Of a DNA stretch of 64,000 nucleotides, positions 9,823-19,546 are shown one piece after another. Made by a program: the position numbers and the translations under genes. Every line of letters starts with the position of its first letter. Within the stretch, counting starts at the first letter, position 1. Below the pieces are notes generated by a model. That model saw only the letters and a program-made list of their open reading frames with translations, was not told the origin of the DNA and ran no database searches. This DNA is from Alphaproteobacteria bacterium (GTDB taxonomy: Bacteria; Pseudomonadota; Alphaproteobacteria; UBA2966). The stretch covers positions 608,001-672,000 of the forward strand of contig OZ219858.1 of NCBI GenBank assembly GCA_964291395.2, in the 5' to 3' direction.

Positions 9823-11717
9823 TCCCGGCAATCCAACGATCGGTGTCCGCTGCTGCGTTGGCGGTATGCCTGGCCTCGCCGGCCCTGGCCATCACGCTGC
9901 GGGAAACGCCTTCTCTCGCCGAGGCCGTCGCGTCGGGAGCTCTGCCGCCCGTCGCGGAGCGCGTTCCACTGACCCCCTTGGTCGTGAATCTGGCAGGCGA
10001 CTCCAAGAAGCCGGGCCGGCACGGCGGAACCCTGAACATGCTGATCGGCCGTCCCAAGGACATCCGCCTCCTCGTGGTATACGGCTACGCGCGACTCGTC
10101 GGTTACGACGACCGGTTTCGGATGCAACCCGACATTTTGGAAAGCTTCGATGTCCGGGAAGGCCGCATATTTACGTTCAGGCTGCGTGAGAGTCACAAAT
10201 GGTCCGACGGCCATCCCTTCACGGCGGAAGACTTCCGATACTATTGGGAAGACGTTGCCAACAATCCAAGCCTTGCTCCGTCGGGTCCGCCGCGCGACAT
10301 GATCGTTGCGGGGAAACCCCCGCGATTCGAGATCATCGACGATCACGCCGTGAGATACACCTGGCCGGCGCCCAACCCCTTCTTCCTGCCGCGCATCGCC
10401 GGGGCGTCACCCCTGTTCATCTACCGCCCGGCCCACTACCTGAAGCAGTTTCACCCCCGCTATGCCGGCGAAGCGGCAGCAGCCCGGCGCGCCGAAGAGG
10501 AGGGACAGCGAAGCTGGGCCGCGCTGCACAACAAGCGGGACAACCTTTACAAGTTCGACAATCCGGATCTGCCGACGCTGCAGCCCTGGCGGAACACGAC
10601 CCGTCCACCGGCGCAGCGGTTTGCCGCCAAGCGCAATCCCTTCTTCCACCGCGTCGACACACGGGGTCGTCAGCTTCCGTACATCGACGACGTCGTGCTG
10701 GTGCAGACGGACGGAAGGCTGATCTCCGCCAAAACCGGAGCCGGCGAGTCGGACCTGCAGTCGCGGAACATCTCGTTCGACGACTACACGTTCCTCAAGG
10801 ACGGTTCCGAACGTAACGGGTATGACGTGCATTTGTGGCGCACCGCGAAAGGGGCGCACCTCGCGTTGTTCCCGAATCTCAACCACAACGATCGGGTCTG
10901 GCGGGAGGTGATTCGGGACCGGCGATTCCGGGAGGCCCTGAGTCTCGCGATCGACCGTCCGTTGATCAATCAGGCGCTCTATTTCGGACTCGCCTTGGAG
11001 CATCACAACACGGTGCTGCCACGGAGCCCTCTCTACGACGAGACGTACGCGCGAACCGAGTTCGATATCGAGAAGGCGAACAGGCTGCTGGACGAGATGG
11101 GCCTGACGGAATGGGACGACGACGAAACCCGCCTGTTGCCGGACGGGCGGCCCATTCACGTCATTGTCGAGACGGCCGGCGAGGACACCGAGCAAACGGA
11201 CGTTCTCGAGCTGATCCGGGATGACTGGGCCAAAATCGGGATCCGGCTGTTCACCAAACCGTCCCAACGGGAAGTCTTCCGCAACCGCATCTTCTCCGGC
11301 GAGACCCTGATGTCGATCTGGTTCGGGCTGGAGAATGGGCTCGCCACGGCCGACACGATCCCGCGGGAGTTGGCCCCGACGAGTCAGCTACAATTGCAGT
11401 GGCCGAAATGGGGCCAGTACTTTGAGACTAAGGGCAAGTCGGGAGAGCCGCCGGACATGGCGGTCGTCATCGAATTGGCGCACCTCAACGAGGAATGGTT
11501 GAGCGCCCCCACGACCCGGGAACGCGAACGCATTTGGCGGAGAATGTTGGGGATTCATCGCGACATGCTTTTCTCCATCGGAATCGTTTCCGGCGTGCTG
11601 CAACCGGTCGTCGCCAGGAGGGGATTGATGAACGTCCCCGCCAGGGCCGTCTACAACTGGGATCCCGGTGCCCACTTCGGGGTCTATCGGCCCGACACCT
11701 TCTGGTTCGCGAGGTGA
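9819..11717 (+). CDS. ABC transporter substrate-binding protein, family 5
   Basis: Signal peptide ending ASPALA, LPPVAERVP and TFRLRESHKWSDGHPFTAEDF (SBP_bac_5 pattern). ATGA overlap at 9819. Confidence 0.93.
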   Translation: MIPAIQRSVSAAALAVCLASPALAITLRETPSLAEAVASGALPPVAERVPLTPLVVNLAGDSKKPGRHGGTLNMLIGRPKDIRLLVVYGYARLVGYDDRFRMQPDILESFDVREGRIFTFRLRESHKWSDGHPFTAEDFRYYWEDVANNPSLAPSGPPRDMIVAGKPPRFEIIDDHAVRYTWPAPNPFFLPRIAGASPLFIYRPAHYLKQFHPRYAGEAAAARRAEEEGQRSWAALHNKRDNLYKFDNPDLPTLQPWRNTTRPPAQRFAAKRNPFFHRVDTRGRQLPYIDDVVLVQTDGRLISAKTGAGESDLQSRNISFDDYTFLKDGSERNGYDVHLWRTAKGAHLALFPNLNHNDRVWREVIRDRRFREALSLAIDRPLINQALYFGLALEHHNTVLPRSPLYDETYARTEFDIEKANRLLDEMGLTEWDDDETRLLPDGRPIHVIVETAGEDTEQTDVLELIRDDWAKIGIRLFTKPSQREVFRNRIFSGETLMSIWFGLENGLATADTIPRELAPTSQLQLQWPKWGQYFETKGKSGEPPDMAVVIELAHLNEEWLSAPTTRERERIWRRMLGIHRDMLFSIGIVSGVLQPVVARRGLMNVPARAVYNWDPGAHFGVYRPDTFWFAR

Positions 11718-11770
11718 CTGCGGTCGATGCCGGCCGATGATTGGTTGAGGTGGTTCGGGCGGGATTGACG

Positions 11771-12796
11771 ATGTTCACATATTTTGTCCATCGCGTATTG
11801 ATCATGATCCCCACGCTGCTGGCGATCAGCGTGTTGATCTTCATCATCATCCAGCTGCCCCCGGGCGACTATCTTTCGAACCAGATTCAGGAACTGAAGA
11901 GTCAAGGCGATACCGCCGCGCTGGCAAAAGCCGAATTTCTGCGCCATCAGTACGGACTGGACCGTCCGCTCGTCGAGCAATACGCGGTGTGGCTTGGCGT
12001 CTGGCCGGGTCCGAACGGGTTCTCCGGCCTCTTGCAAGGTGATCTCGGCTATTCCTTCGAGTTCGACCTGCCGGTGACCGACGTCGTCGGAGACCGGTTG
12101 TTGCTGTCCTTTATCGTATCCTTCGCCACGATCATCTTCACCTGGGTGGTGTCGTTCCCCATCGGCGTGTATTCCGCGACCCATCAATACAGCATCGGCG
12201 ATCACTCACTGACCTTTCTCGGATTCATCGGTCTGGCGACGCCCAATTTCCTGCTCGCGCTGGTGCTGATCTATTTCGCCAACGTCACTTTCGGCACGTC
12301 GATCGGCGGCCTGATGGATCCCCGATACCTCGACCAGCCATGGTCGTGGGCAAAGTTCGTTTCCGTTCTCGAACACCTGTGGATCCCTGTCATCGTCATC
12401 GGAACATCTGGCACTGCCGGCATGATTCGGAGGTTGCGCGCCAACCTGCTCGACGAACTGCAAAAGCAATATGTGGTCACGGGCCGGGCAAAGGGCCTTC
12501 CGCCACTTCGCCTCCTGATCAAGTATCCGTTGCGCGTCTCCCTCAACCCCTTCATCTCGGACATCGGAAACCTTCTGCCGCAGGTCATTTCGGGGGCCGC
12601 CATCGTATCCGTGGTTCTGTCGCTGCCGACGACAGGCCCCATGCTGGTTCACGCATTGCAGTCCCAGGACCAATATCTCGCGGGGTCGTTCCTGATGTTC
12701 CTGTCTCTGCTGACGGTCATCGGCATGTTCCTCTCCGATGTGGCGTTGGCCGCGCTGGATCCGCGAATCCGTCTTGGCGAGCAGGCGGTTCGATGA
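11771..12796 (+). CDS. ABC permease, OppB/DppB-like
   Basis: IIQLPPGD, YGLDRP, GDLGYS, the EAA-like YVVTGRAKGL loop and the LDPRIR C-terminus. Confidence 0.95.
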   Translation: MFTYFVHRVLIMIPTLLAISVLIFIIIQLPPGDYLSNQIQELKSQGDTAALAKAEFLRHQYGLDRPLVEQYAVWLGVWPGPNGFSGLLQGDLGYSFEFDLPVTDVVGDRLLLSFIVSFATIIFTWVVSFPIGVYSATHQYSIGDHSLTFLGFIGLATPNFLLALVLIYFANVTFGTSIGGLMDPRYLDQPWSWAKFVSVLEHLWIPVIVIGTSGTAGMIRRLRANLLDELQKQYVVTGRAKGLPPLRLLIKYPLRVSLNPFISDIGNLLPQVISGAAIVSVVLSLPTTGPMLVHALQSQDQYLAGSFLMFLSLLTVIGMFLSDVALAALDPRIRLGEQAVR

Positions 12797-13971
12797 CCTT
12801 CCGCACTCACTCCGCGGTCGACGGCAGACTGGATCACTTCGTCAGTCGCGAGCCCTTCGACCCCCATTCGGTCGAACGTATGACGGCCGAGCAGGAACGG
12901 TATTACATGGCCTCGCAATGGCAGATGATGTGGTGGAAGTTCCTCCGCCATCGCCTTGCCGTCGCGTCCGGCGTCGTATTGGCAGTGTTCTACCTGTCCA
13001 TTCTGATCAGCGAGTTCCTGGCGCCCTACCATCTCCATTCGCGCGACGCAAAGCACATTTTCGCGCCGCCTCAGGAATTGCATCTGTTCCATGAAGACGA
13101 GTTCGTCGGTCCCTTCGTGTATGGGCTGAGCTACCGTCTCAACATGGAGAATCTGAAACGCGAGTACACACCGGACCCTGATTTGGTTCAGCCCATCCGG
13201 TTCTTCTGCTCCGGGGACACGTACGAATTCTGGGGCCTCTTCGAGGCCAACCTCCACCTGATGTGCCCTGCGGAAGGAGGAACGCTGTACCTTCTGGGGA
13301 CCGACCGGCTGGGTCGCGACATGCTGTCCCGGATCGTCTACGGCACGCGGATTTCGCTGACCGTCGGCTTGATCGGCATTTCGATCAGCTTCCTTCTCGG
13401 TCTGTTCTTCGGCGGCGTATCGGGCTATTTCGGCGGATGGTGGGACACCCTGACCCAGCGGCTTATCGAAATCATCCGATCTTTTCCCGAACTGCCCCTC
13501 TGGATGGCGCTGTCCGCGGCCCTCCCCGTGACTTGGAGTCCGACGCTCATCTATTTCGGCATCACCATCATCCTGGGCCTCATCGACTGGACTGGACTGG
13601 CGCGCGCCGTCCGAGGGAAGATTCTGGCATTGCGAGAGGAGGACTTCGCGACGGCGGCCCAACTCATGGGGGCCAGCTCCTCCCGTATCGTCGGACGGCA
13701 CCTGATACCGAGCTTCATGAGCCATCTCATCGCATCCGCGACTCTCTCCATTCCCTCGATGATCCTGGGTGAAACGGCGCTCTCGTTCCTGGGACTTGGT
13801 CTTCGCCCTCCGATCACGAGTTGGGGCGTGCTGCTCAACGAGGCTCAGAACATCAATGTCGTCGCGCTGTACCCCTGGCTGATGCTACCGGTGGTGCCCG
13901 TCATCATCGTCGTGCTGACGCTCAATTTCTTCGGCGACGGACTGCGGGACGCCGCGGATCCGTATCGTTGA
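12793..13971 (+). CDS. ABC permease, OppC/DppC-like
   Basis: LGTDRLGRDMLSRIVYG, ETALSFLGLG and GDGLRDAADP. ATGA overlap. Confidence 0.95.
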   Translation: MTFRTHSAVDGRLDHFVSREPFDPHSVERMTAEQERYYMASQWQMMWWKFLRHRLAVASGVVLAVFYLSILISEFLAPYHLHSRDAKHIFAPPQELHLFHEDEFVGPFVYGLSYRLNMENLKREYTPDPDLVQPIRFFCSGDTYEFWGLFEANLHLMCPAEGGTLYLLGTDRLGRDMLSRIVYGTRISLTVGLIGISISFLLGLFFGGVSGYFGGWWDTLTQRLIEIIRSFPELPLWMALSAALPVTWSPTLIYFGITIILGLIDWTGLARAVRGKILALREEDFATAAQLMGASSSRIVGRHLIPSFMSHLIASATLSIPSMILGETALSFLGLGLRPPITSWGVLLNEAQNINVVALYPWLMLPVVPVIIVVLTLNFFGDGLRDAADPYR

Positions 13972-14033
13972 CCGTCGCTCGTGCCGTCGACTTCCTTCGA
14001 ACGCCCCGGGCAGTGCGGTGACGGCCGTCCCGG

Positions 14034-15398
14034 TTACGGGGCCAGGATCACCAAGTTCATCGGCTGCTCGACACCGCCGACCGCCGCCTTCTCGAGCACG
14101 TGGCGCTGCCGTGGAGACACATAACCCTGTGCGCGCGCCGTCCCGTACGCCTGCTCTGTGGTGAGCGCCACGACGCCCGCGGCCTTGTTGTGTTTCTCCA
14201 GCTTGGCGGCGAGGTTCACGGCATCGCCGATCACGGTGTACTCAAGCCTTTTGGGGTCGCCCACGGCGCCGAAGATCACTGGCCCCGTGGCCACGGCGAA
14301 TCCGATTTCGAGGGGTCGCGCGCCTACCGCGCGACGGTCCTCCTGCCAAGCCTCCGTCACGGCCACGAGCTCATCGACGGCGCTCAGGGCATCGGCGGCC
14401 CAGGTCTCCGATCTGGATGCCGCGCCGAACGTCGCCATGATGCCGTCACCCAGATACTTGTCGATGCTGCCGCCACGACCCTGAATGGTCTTGCCCATCC
14501 GTGCTTCGTATTCGGCTAGCAAGGTCATCAGGGCATCGGGGGACAACTCCGAGGCGAGTTGCGTGAAACCGCGGATGTCGCAGAACAATACGGCCGCGTC
14601 GACGAGTTCCCCCTGGCCCGGCTCGATCCGCTGCTCGGCTTTGGTGATCTGATCCGCGACCTCCGGGGAGAAGAACCGCGACAGATCCTCGGCCGCCGCG
14701 CCTTCCGTCACGGACCGGACCAACAGTCGTCGCGCCCGAACGATCGCCAGGGCGAGGATCGCGGTGACGACGAGGATGGAGACGATCTTGTCGAATTCGG
14801 CACCCAGAAGAATCTGGGTCGACGTCATGTAAAGCACGAAATCGCGCGTGATCCCGTCGGTTCCCTCGGCCACCGACATACCGACCATGAACAACCACCC
14901 CACGGCGGCTGTCGAACCCGCCAACAGCACGAAGAAGGCGTCGAACCTCAGCGCTCGCAGGGCGATGAAAATGAACACGTAGAGGAGTGTAGGAGCTTTC
15001 AGGACGAACGCCGTCGGCTGTTCGTACTGGATATGAAAACTCCAGATGAGCCCCATGAGCAAGGCCATGTCGACGATAACGGAAAGGGTCAGGAACCACC
15101 GGGTCAGGGCATTGCGGTATCCCAGAAGAAGGCGTACGCCCGTGAAAGCGAGATAGGCCGTCAATGCCCACGGTACCGGCGTGATCGCGACGTCTGTGCC
15201 GAAGGTCTTGGGCGATAACGAGTACAGCGTCCCGAAGACGCAGACCACGCCGAGCTGGACCCAGCCGACCAGTATCTCGCTTTGGGCCTGCTGCCGCCCG
15301 ATTGACGTGCGTACGCGCTCGGGAAGCCCGAGCCCTGTTTCACCGAACAGCAGAAGCTTCAGCATCGTCAATGGACGACCTCTGAGCGGAACAGACAT
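14034..15398 (-). CDS. Membrane-anchored class III adenylate/guanylate cyclase
   Basis: About six hydrophobic helices, then VLFCDIRGFT, DKYLGDGIMATFG and EYTVIGDAVNLAAKLE. Start uncertain (15464, 15398 or 15365). Confidence 0.92.
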   Translation of the reverse strand: MSVPLRGRPLTMLKLLLFGETGLGLPERVRTSIGRQQAQSEILVGWVQLGVVCVFGTLYSLSPKTFGTDVAITPVPWALTAYLAFTGVRLLLGYRNALTRWFLTLSVIVDMALLMGLIWSFHIQYEQPTAFVLKAPTLLYVFIFIALRALRFDAFFVLLAGSTAAVGWLFMVGMSVAEGTDGITRDFVLYMTSTQILLGAEFDKIVSILVVTAILALAIVRARRLLVRSVTEGAAAEDLSRFFSPEVADQITKAEQRIEPGQGELVDAAVLFCDIRGFTQLASELSPDALMTLLAEYEARMGKTIQGRGGSIDKYLGDGIMATFGAASRSETWAADALSAVDELVAVTEAWQEDRRAVGARPLEIGFAVATGPVIFGAVGDPKRLEYTVIGDAVNLAAKLEKHNKAAGVVALTTEQAYGTARAQGYVSPRQRHVLEKAAVGGVEQPMNLVILAP

Positions 15399-15485
15399 CG
15401 GTTTCCTTTCGTTGTGCTTATATGTCGCATACCCCGGGCACGTTCGCTGTTCACGCTCATTCACACTGTCGCTTGCATGACGTGC

Positions 15486-16322
15486 TCAGGAGATCTTTCG
15501 CAGCCACAGGCTCGATTCGAACGCGCCTGGAAGAACGGGCAGATGCCGCACAACACTCGCTTCGAAGATGGCCGGCATCGCAGTCGTCACGTAGTGACTC
15601 GAAAACACCGTCTCGTAACCCCCGAGAACGAGTTGCGTCACGGCGGCCTGCTCGTTGTAGCCGCGCCAGCCCCACTCGGCCGGGTAGTCGTCAGGTAGGA
15701 ACACGTCATGGAAGTGTATCCAGATGCCTTTGGGGAGCGGGGGAAGTACGCGATTCAGGATGACGTCGACATCGCTGCCCGGCATCAGCACGTGGCTCGA
15801 GTCGATCACCAGGAAATCACCCGATTGAAGGGCGTCAAACGGTCCAGTGCCGGCCTCTTGGACCGTCGCCTCTAGAAACCGGACGTCGAGACCGTACAGC
15901 GTAGCGCGCGGGCTTGGATCGACCGCAGTGACGGTACACGGGAACCCGCCGTCGGAAACGGCCCGGGCGATGAAGCGTGTGGAGTGGCCTGACCCCACCT
16001 CGACCACCCGCGACGGCCGCTCGTGACGGAGCAGAGTGTAGAGGATCGCGGCGTCGAGGCGGGGAAACCAGTCCTGTTCCCATCGGGGCGCGGGGGCGGG
16101 CTCGGTGCCGATGCCATTCAGGTCGTCGCCGAAGGATTCGGCGAGCGAAAGGATGTGCCGGAACGTCGCTTCACGGTCGGCGAGGTGTCGGTGAATCGGT
16201 TCGTACGGGGCGTTGGCGCCCGGATGCGGCAGGTGCCCGGCATAACGGTGGGGGATGAAGAAGCCGCGCCTCGCGAACCCCAGGACCGTCATCAAGCCGA
16301 GCCGCAGCGCTCTAAATTTCAT
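15486..16322 (-). CDS. Class I SAM-dependent methyltransferase (Methyltransf_24-like)
   Basis: VVEVGSGHST motif I, LVIDSSH and IHFHDVF. Confidence 0.85.
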   Translation of the reverse strand: MKFRALRLGLMTVLGFARRGFFIPHRYAGHLPHPGANAPYEPIHRHLADREATFRHILSLAESFGDDLNGIGTEPAPAPRWEQDWFPRLDAAILYTLLRHERPSRVVEVGSGHSTRFIARAVSDGGFPCTVTAVDPSPRATLYGLDVRFLEATVQEAGTGPFDALQSGDFLVIDSSHVLMPGSDVDVILNRVLPPLPKGIWIHFHDVFLPDDYPAEWGWRGYNEQAAVTQLVLGGYETVFSSHYVTTAMPAIFEASVVRHLPVLPGAFESSLWLRKIS

Positions 16323-16328
16323 GTGGAA

Positions 16329-17195
16329 TCAGAGCAGGTCGATGACAAGTCCCTCGTGCGCCATCACCGATCCCGGACGCCGGGCTTCCAACTGCTCCGC
16401 TATGCCATCCAGGAAATCGTCAGTGTGATTCGGATCGTGGTGGAACAGGACGAATGTTCTGACATTCGCGGCATCGCAGAGCCGGACTCCCTCCTGCCAG
16501 GTCGAATGTCCCCATCCCACCCGGTTGGAATATTCATCGTCGGTATACATGCCGTCGTAGGCGACGTAGTCGGCGCCTTCAATGAGCCCGAGGATGTTCT
16601 GGTCGAGCCGGTCCTCTGCGTGCTCCGTGTCCGTGAGGTAGCAGAACGACTTCCCCTTGTAGTCGATGCGGTATCCCGTCGCGCGGTTGGGGTGGTTGAG
16701 TTCAGCCGTTCTCACGGAAATTCCCGGTTTGACGTCGACGATCTGGCCTGCGGAAAAGTCGTGGTAGCTCATATTTGCGGCGAAGATCTTCAGGGGCACC
16801 GGAAACAGCGGGGCCATCATCATGCCGATCAAGACCTGTTCAAGCGTCATGTCCGGAAGCAGGTGTCCGGCCCAGATGCGGAACGTGTTATCGGGGTTGT
16901 AGAAAGGATCGAAGAACGGAATGCCGCAGACATGATCGAAATGGGTATGCGTCAAAAACACGTCCGCATCGATGGGTTTGCTCTGATCGAGAGAGCGACC
17001 CAGATAGCGAGCGCCCGTTCCGGCATCCAGTACGATCAGATGCTCGCCGCAGCGAACTTCAAGGCATGACGTGTTTCCACCGTAGCGGGGAGTATCGGGA
17101 TCGGAGCATGGAATGCTTCCGCGAACTCCCCAAAACCTCACGCTGAATACGTCCGAAGCGGCCAAACGCCCCCCTTCGGCCAATGCCCGCACCAC
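16329..17195 (-). CDS. MBL-fold metallo-hydrolase (possible phosphodiesterase)
   Basis: FWGVRGS, GGNTSC, THTHFDH (HxHxDH), TDTEH, GHST and FHHDP. Alternative TTG start at 17165. Confidence 0.9.
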   Translation of the reverse strand: MVRALAEGGRLAASDVFSVRFWGVRGSIPCSDPDTPRYGGNTSCLEVRCGEHLIVLDAGTGARYLGRSLDQSKPIDADVFLTHTHFDHVCGIPFFDPFYNPDNTFRIWAGHLLPDMTLEQVLIGMMMAPLFPVPLKIFAANMSYHDFSAGQIVDVKPGISVRTAELNHPNRATGYRIDYKGKSFCYLTDTEHAEDRLDQNILGLIEGADYVAYDGMYTDDEYSNRVGWGHSTWQEGVRLCDAANVRTFVLFHHDPNHTDDFLDGIAEQLEARRPGSVMAHEGLVIDLL

Positions 17196-17308
17196 GGGTT
17201 GCCCGCGGCATTGTGCCCCACCGCGATATGACGTGAAAGGGCAAAATCGGGAAGGTTGGGGTCCGACCCCAATTCGCTCCGGGACGGTTGAATTGGACCG
17301 GAACCGTT

Positions 17309-17995
17309 CTAGGGAACCAGCCGATAACCGCCGGGTTGAGTGACCAGAATCCGCGCTTCGGACGGATTGCTCTCTATTTTTTGGCGAAGGCGATAGATGT
17401 GCGTTTCAAGCGTGTGGGTCGTCACACCGGTATTGTACCCCCAAACCTCCGACAGAAGCGTATCCCGGGACACGACTCTTGAGCCCGCCCGATAGAGATA
17501 CTTGAGAATAGAAGTCTCCTTCTCCGTCAGGCGGACCTTTTGGCCGCCTTCTTCCTCGGTCAGGAGCTTCGCGCTCGGACGGAATACGAAAGGCCCGATA
17601 TTGAAGACGGCGTCTTCACTCTGTTCATGCTGCCTGAGTTGGGCCCGCATCCGCGCAACCAGAACCCCCATCTTGAACGGCTTGGTAATGTAGTCGTTGG
17701 CACCCGACTCCAATCCCAGGATCGTGTCCGCATCGGAGTCGGCACCGGTCAACATGATGATGGGACACTTGACTCCGGCGCGCCGCATCATCCGGCAAAC
17801 TTCCCGACCATCCAGGTCGGGGAGGCCGATATCGAGCAGCACAAGGTCGTAGTGCCCGCTCTTTACGTCCTCCAGCGCACCGCCGCCGTTGTTCGCGGAC
17901 GTCGTCTGGAATTCCTCGTGCATGTCGAGTTGCTCGGACAACGAGTCACGCAGCGCCTCATCGTCTTCGACCAGTAGAACTCTCTTCGCCGTCAT
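17309..17995 (-). CDS. OmpR/PhoB-family response regulator
   Basis: VEDD, LLDIGLPD and YITKPF receiver motifs. Winged helix LTEKE...VWGY...LETHIYRLRQKIE. Confidence 0.95.
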   Translation of the reverse strand: MTAKRVLLVEDDEALRDSLSEQLDMHEEFQTTSANNGGGALEDVKSGHYDLVLLDIGLPDLDGREVCRMMRRAGVKCPIIMLTGADSDADTILGLESGANDYITKPFKMGVLVARMRAQLRQHEQSEDAVFNIGPFVFRPSAKLLTEEEGGQKVRLTEKETSILKYLYRAGSRVVSRDTLLSEVWGYNTGVTTHTLETHIYRLRQKIESNPSEARILVTQPGGYRLVP

Positions 17996-18154
17996 TCGGT
18001 GCCTGCCGTTTCACCCCAAGTCTGCCACCAAGAATGCTACACAAGCCGAAGCCCGACAACCTTCCGAACTTCTGCCCTGAAGACTTGGCGCCGGTCTCGA
18101 AGCTTCCACCGCCCCACGATCTCCCATCGCTTCATTGGTCTATACTGCCGCGCC

Positions 18155-19327
18155 ATGAATGCCCGCGACGAAACGCCGGAACGGCAAATTGACGGAACGC
18201 GCGTATCGCAGCCCCCGCGGACCCGGCCCTCGGCTCGGTCCGTCGGTCGCGCGATCTCGGATATTCGGCGGGGTCTTCCGGTGGTGGTGACGGGCGCCGA
18301 TCAGGAGTTCGCGGTCGCCTTCGCCGCGGAACAAACGACCGACGAGGCGCTCGCCCGGCTCGCGGACTTCGGCGGCAGTTATCCGACCCTCGCGATCACG
18401 CTCGAGCGCGCGGCCGTTCTGCATATTCCACCCACCGGCGCCGATGTGGCTGTCTTGAAGATCAAGGACAAGCTGGACTCGGCCGCCATCAGGGATCTGT
18501 CCGACCCGACGGCGGATCTCGCCAATCCCTTGCGCGGACCGTTCGCGATCGCCGACGCGCCGCCATCGGCGGCGGTCACCGCTGCTGTGGAGTTGTGCAA
18601 ACTTGCCAAGCTGCTTCCGGCGGCGGTGACAACGTCCGTCGCCGGCGGGAGCTCGCCGCATGCCGAGGCCTTCTCGGCAAACAACGATCTGCTCTCAGTA
18701 TCTGCCGAAAGCATCGGCAGGTTCCAGGAAAGCATTGCGGACACACTGATCCAAGTGACATCCGCGCGCGTGCCGTTGGCGGGCTCCGAGATCGCGGAGG
18801 TCATTGCCTTTCGGCCGAGCGACGGTGGGACCGAACACCTTGCCGTCGTCGTCGGCGAGCCTCCCCGCAGCTCCGCCGTGCTGACCCGGCTGCACTCGGA
18901 GTGTTTCACCGGGGACTTGCTTGAATCCTTGCGCTGTGATTGCGGGACCCAGTTGCGCGCCGCCATAGACGTACTGGCGAAGGAAGGGGGCGGCGTGCTG
19001 CTGTACCTCGCGCAGGAAGGCCGCGGCATCGGCCTGATCAACAAGTTGCGTGCCTACCGCCTTCAGGACCAGGGCTTCGACACGTACGACGCCAATGAAC
19101 GATTGGGCTTTGAATTCGATGAACGCATCTTTGAGCCCGCGGCACGGATGCTCGGGCTGCTCGGCGTCTCGCGGGTGCGCCTTCTGACCAACAATCCAAG
19201 AAAGGTCGAGGCACTTCGGCATTGTGGAATCGACGTCGTCGAGCGGGTACCGCACGCCTTCCCGGCCACCGCGCACAACGCCCATTACCTCGACGCGAAA
19301 GCCAAGCGGGCCGGCCACATCCTTTAG
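18155..19327 (+). CDS. ribA: GTP cyclohydrolase II with a degenerate N-terminal DHBP-synthase-like domain
   Basis: RLHSECFTGD...RCDCG zinc ligands, QEGRGIGL and LLTNNPRK. Confidence 0.92.
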   Translation: MNARDETPERQIDGTRVSQPPRTRPSARSVGRAISDIRRGLPVVVTGADQEFAVAFAAEQTTDEALARLADFGGSYPTLAITLERAAVLHIPPTGADVAVLKIKDKLDSAAIRDLSDPTADLANPLRGPFAIADAPPSAAVTAAVELCKLAKLLPAAVTTSVAGGSSPHAEAFSANNDLLSVSAESIGRFQESIADTLIQVTSARVPLAGSEIAEVIAFRPSDGGTEHLAVVVGEPPRSSAVLTRLHSECFTGDLLESLRCDCGTQLRAAIDVLAKEGGGVLLYLAQEGRGIGLINKLRAYRLQDQGFDTYDANERLGFEFDERIFEPAARMLGLLGVSRVRLLTNNPRKVEALRHCGIDVVERVPHAFPATAHNAHYLDAKAKRAGHIL

Positions 19328-19344
19328 ACCAACCCCCTCGATCG

Positions 19345-19521
19345 TCTCCCGCCGACGCGCAGTGGGGCGTCGGGTCCGCTCTGCTTGATCGTCTGACCCA
19401 ACGCTGGACGGACGCCGCCTACCGCCAGATGGCAGCCATCATCGGCGACTCCGCGAACGATGCCTCGATCAAACTGCACAAACGCGCCGGGTTCCGCCGT
19501 ATCGGTACCCTGCGATCGGGT
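19345..19521 (+). pseudogene. Internal fragment of a phosphinothricin-acetyltransferase-like (Pat/YncA) GNAT gene
   Basis: PADAQWGVGSALL...YRQMAAIIGDSANDASIKLHKRAGFRRIGTLRS matches GNAT motifs A and B. The N-terminal half and the family C-terminus are missing. Confidence 0.75.
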
Positions 19522-19546
19522 GCAACCGTCGGCCCGCGCAATAGCC

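Noticed and set aside
14034-17195. Cyclase plus MBL hydrolase as a Pycsar-like anti-phage system
   Set aside because: The cyclase is a multi-TM enzyme with adenine-specifying Lys/Thr residues, no TIR or TM cNMP effector is adjacent in the window, and the context is metabolic rather than a defence island.
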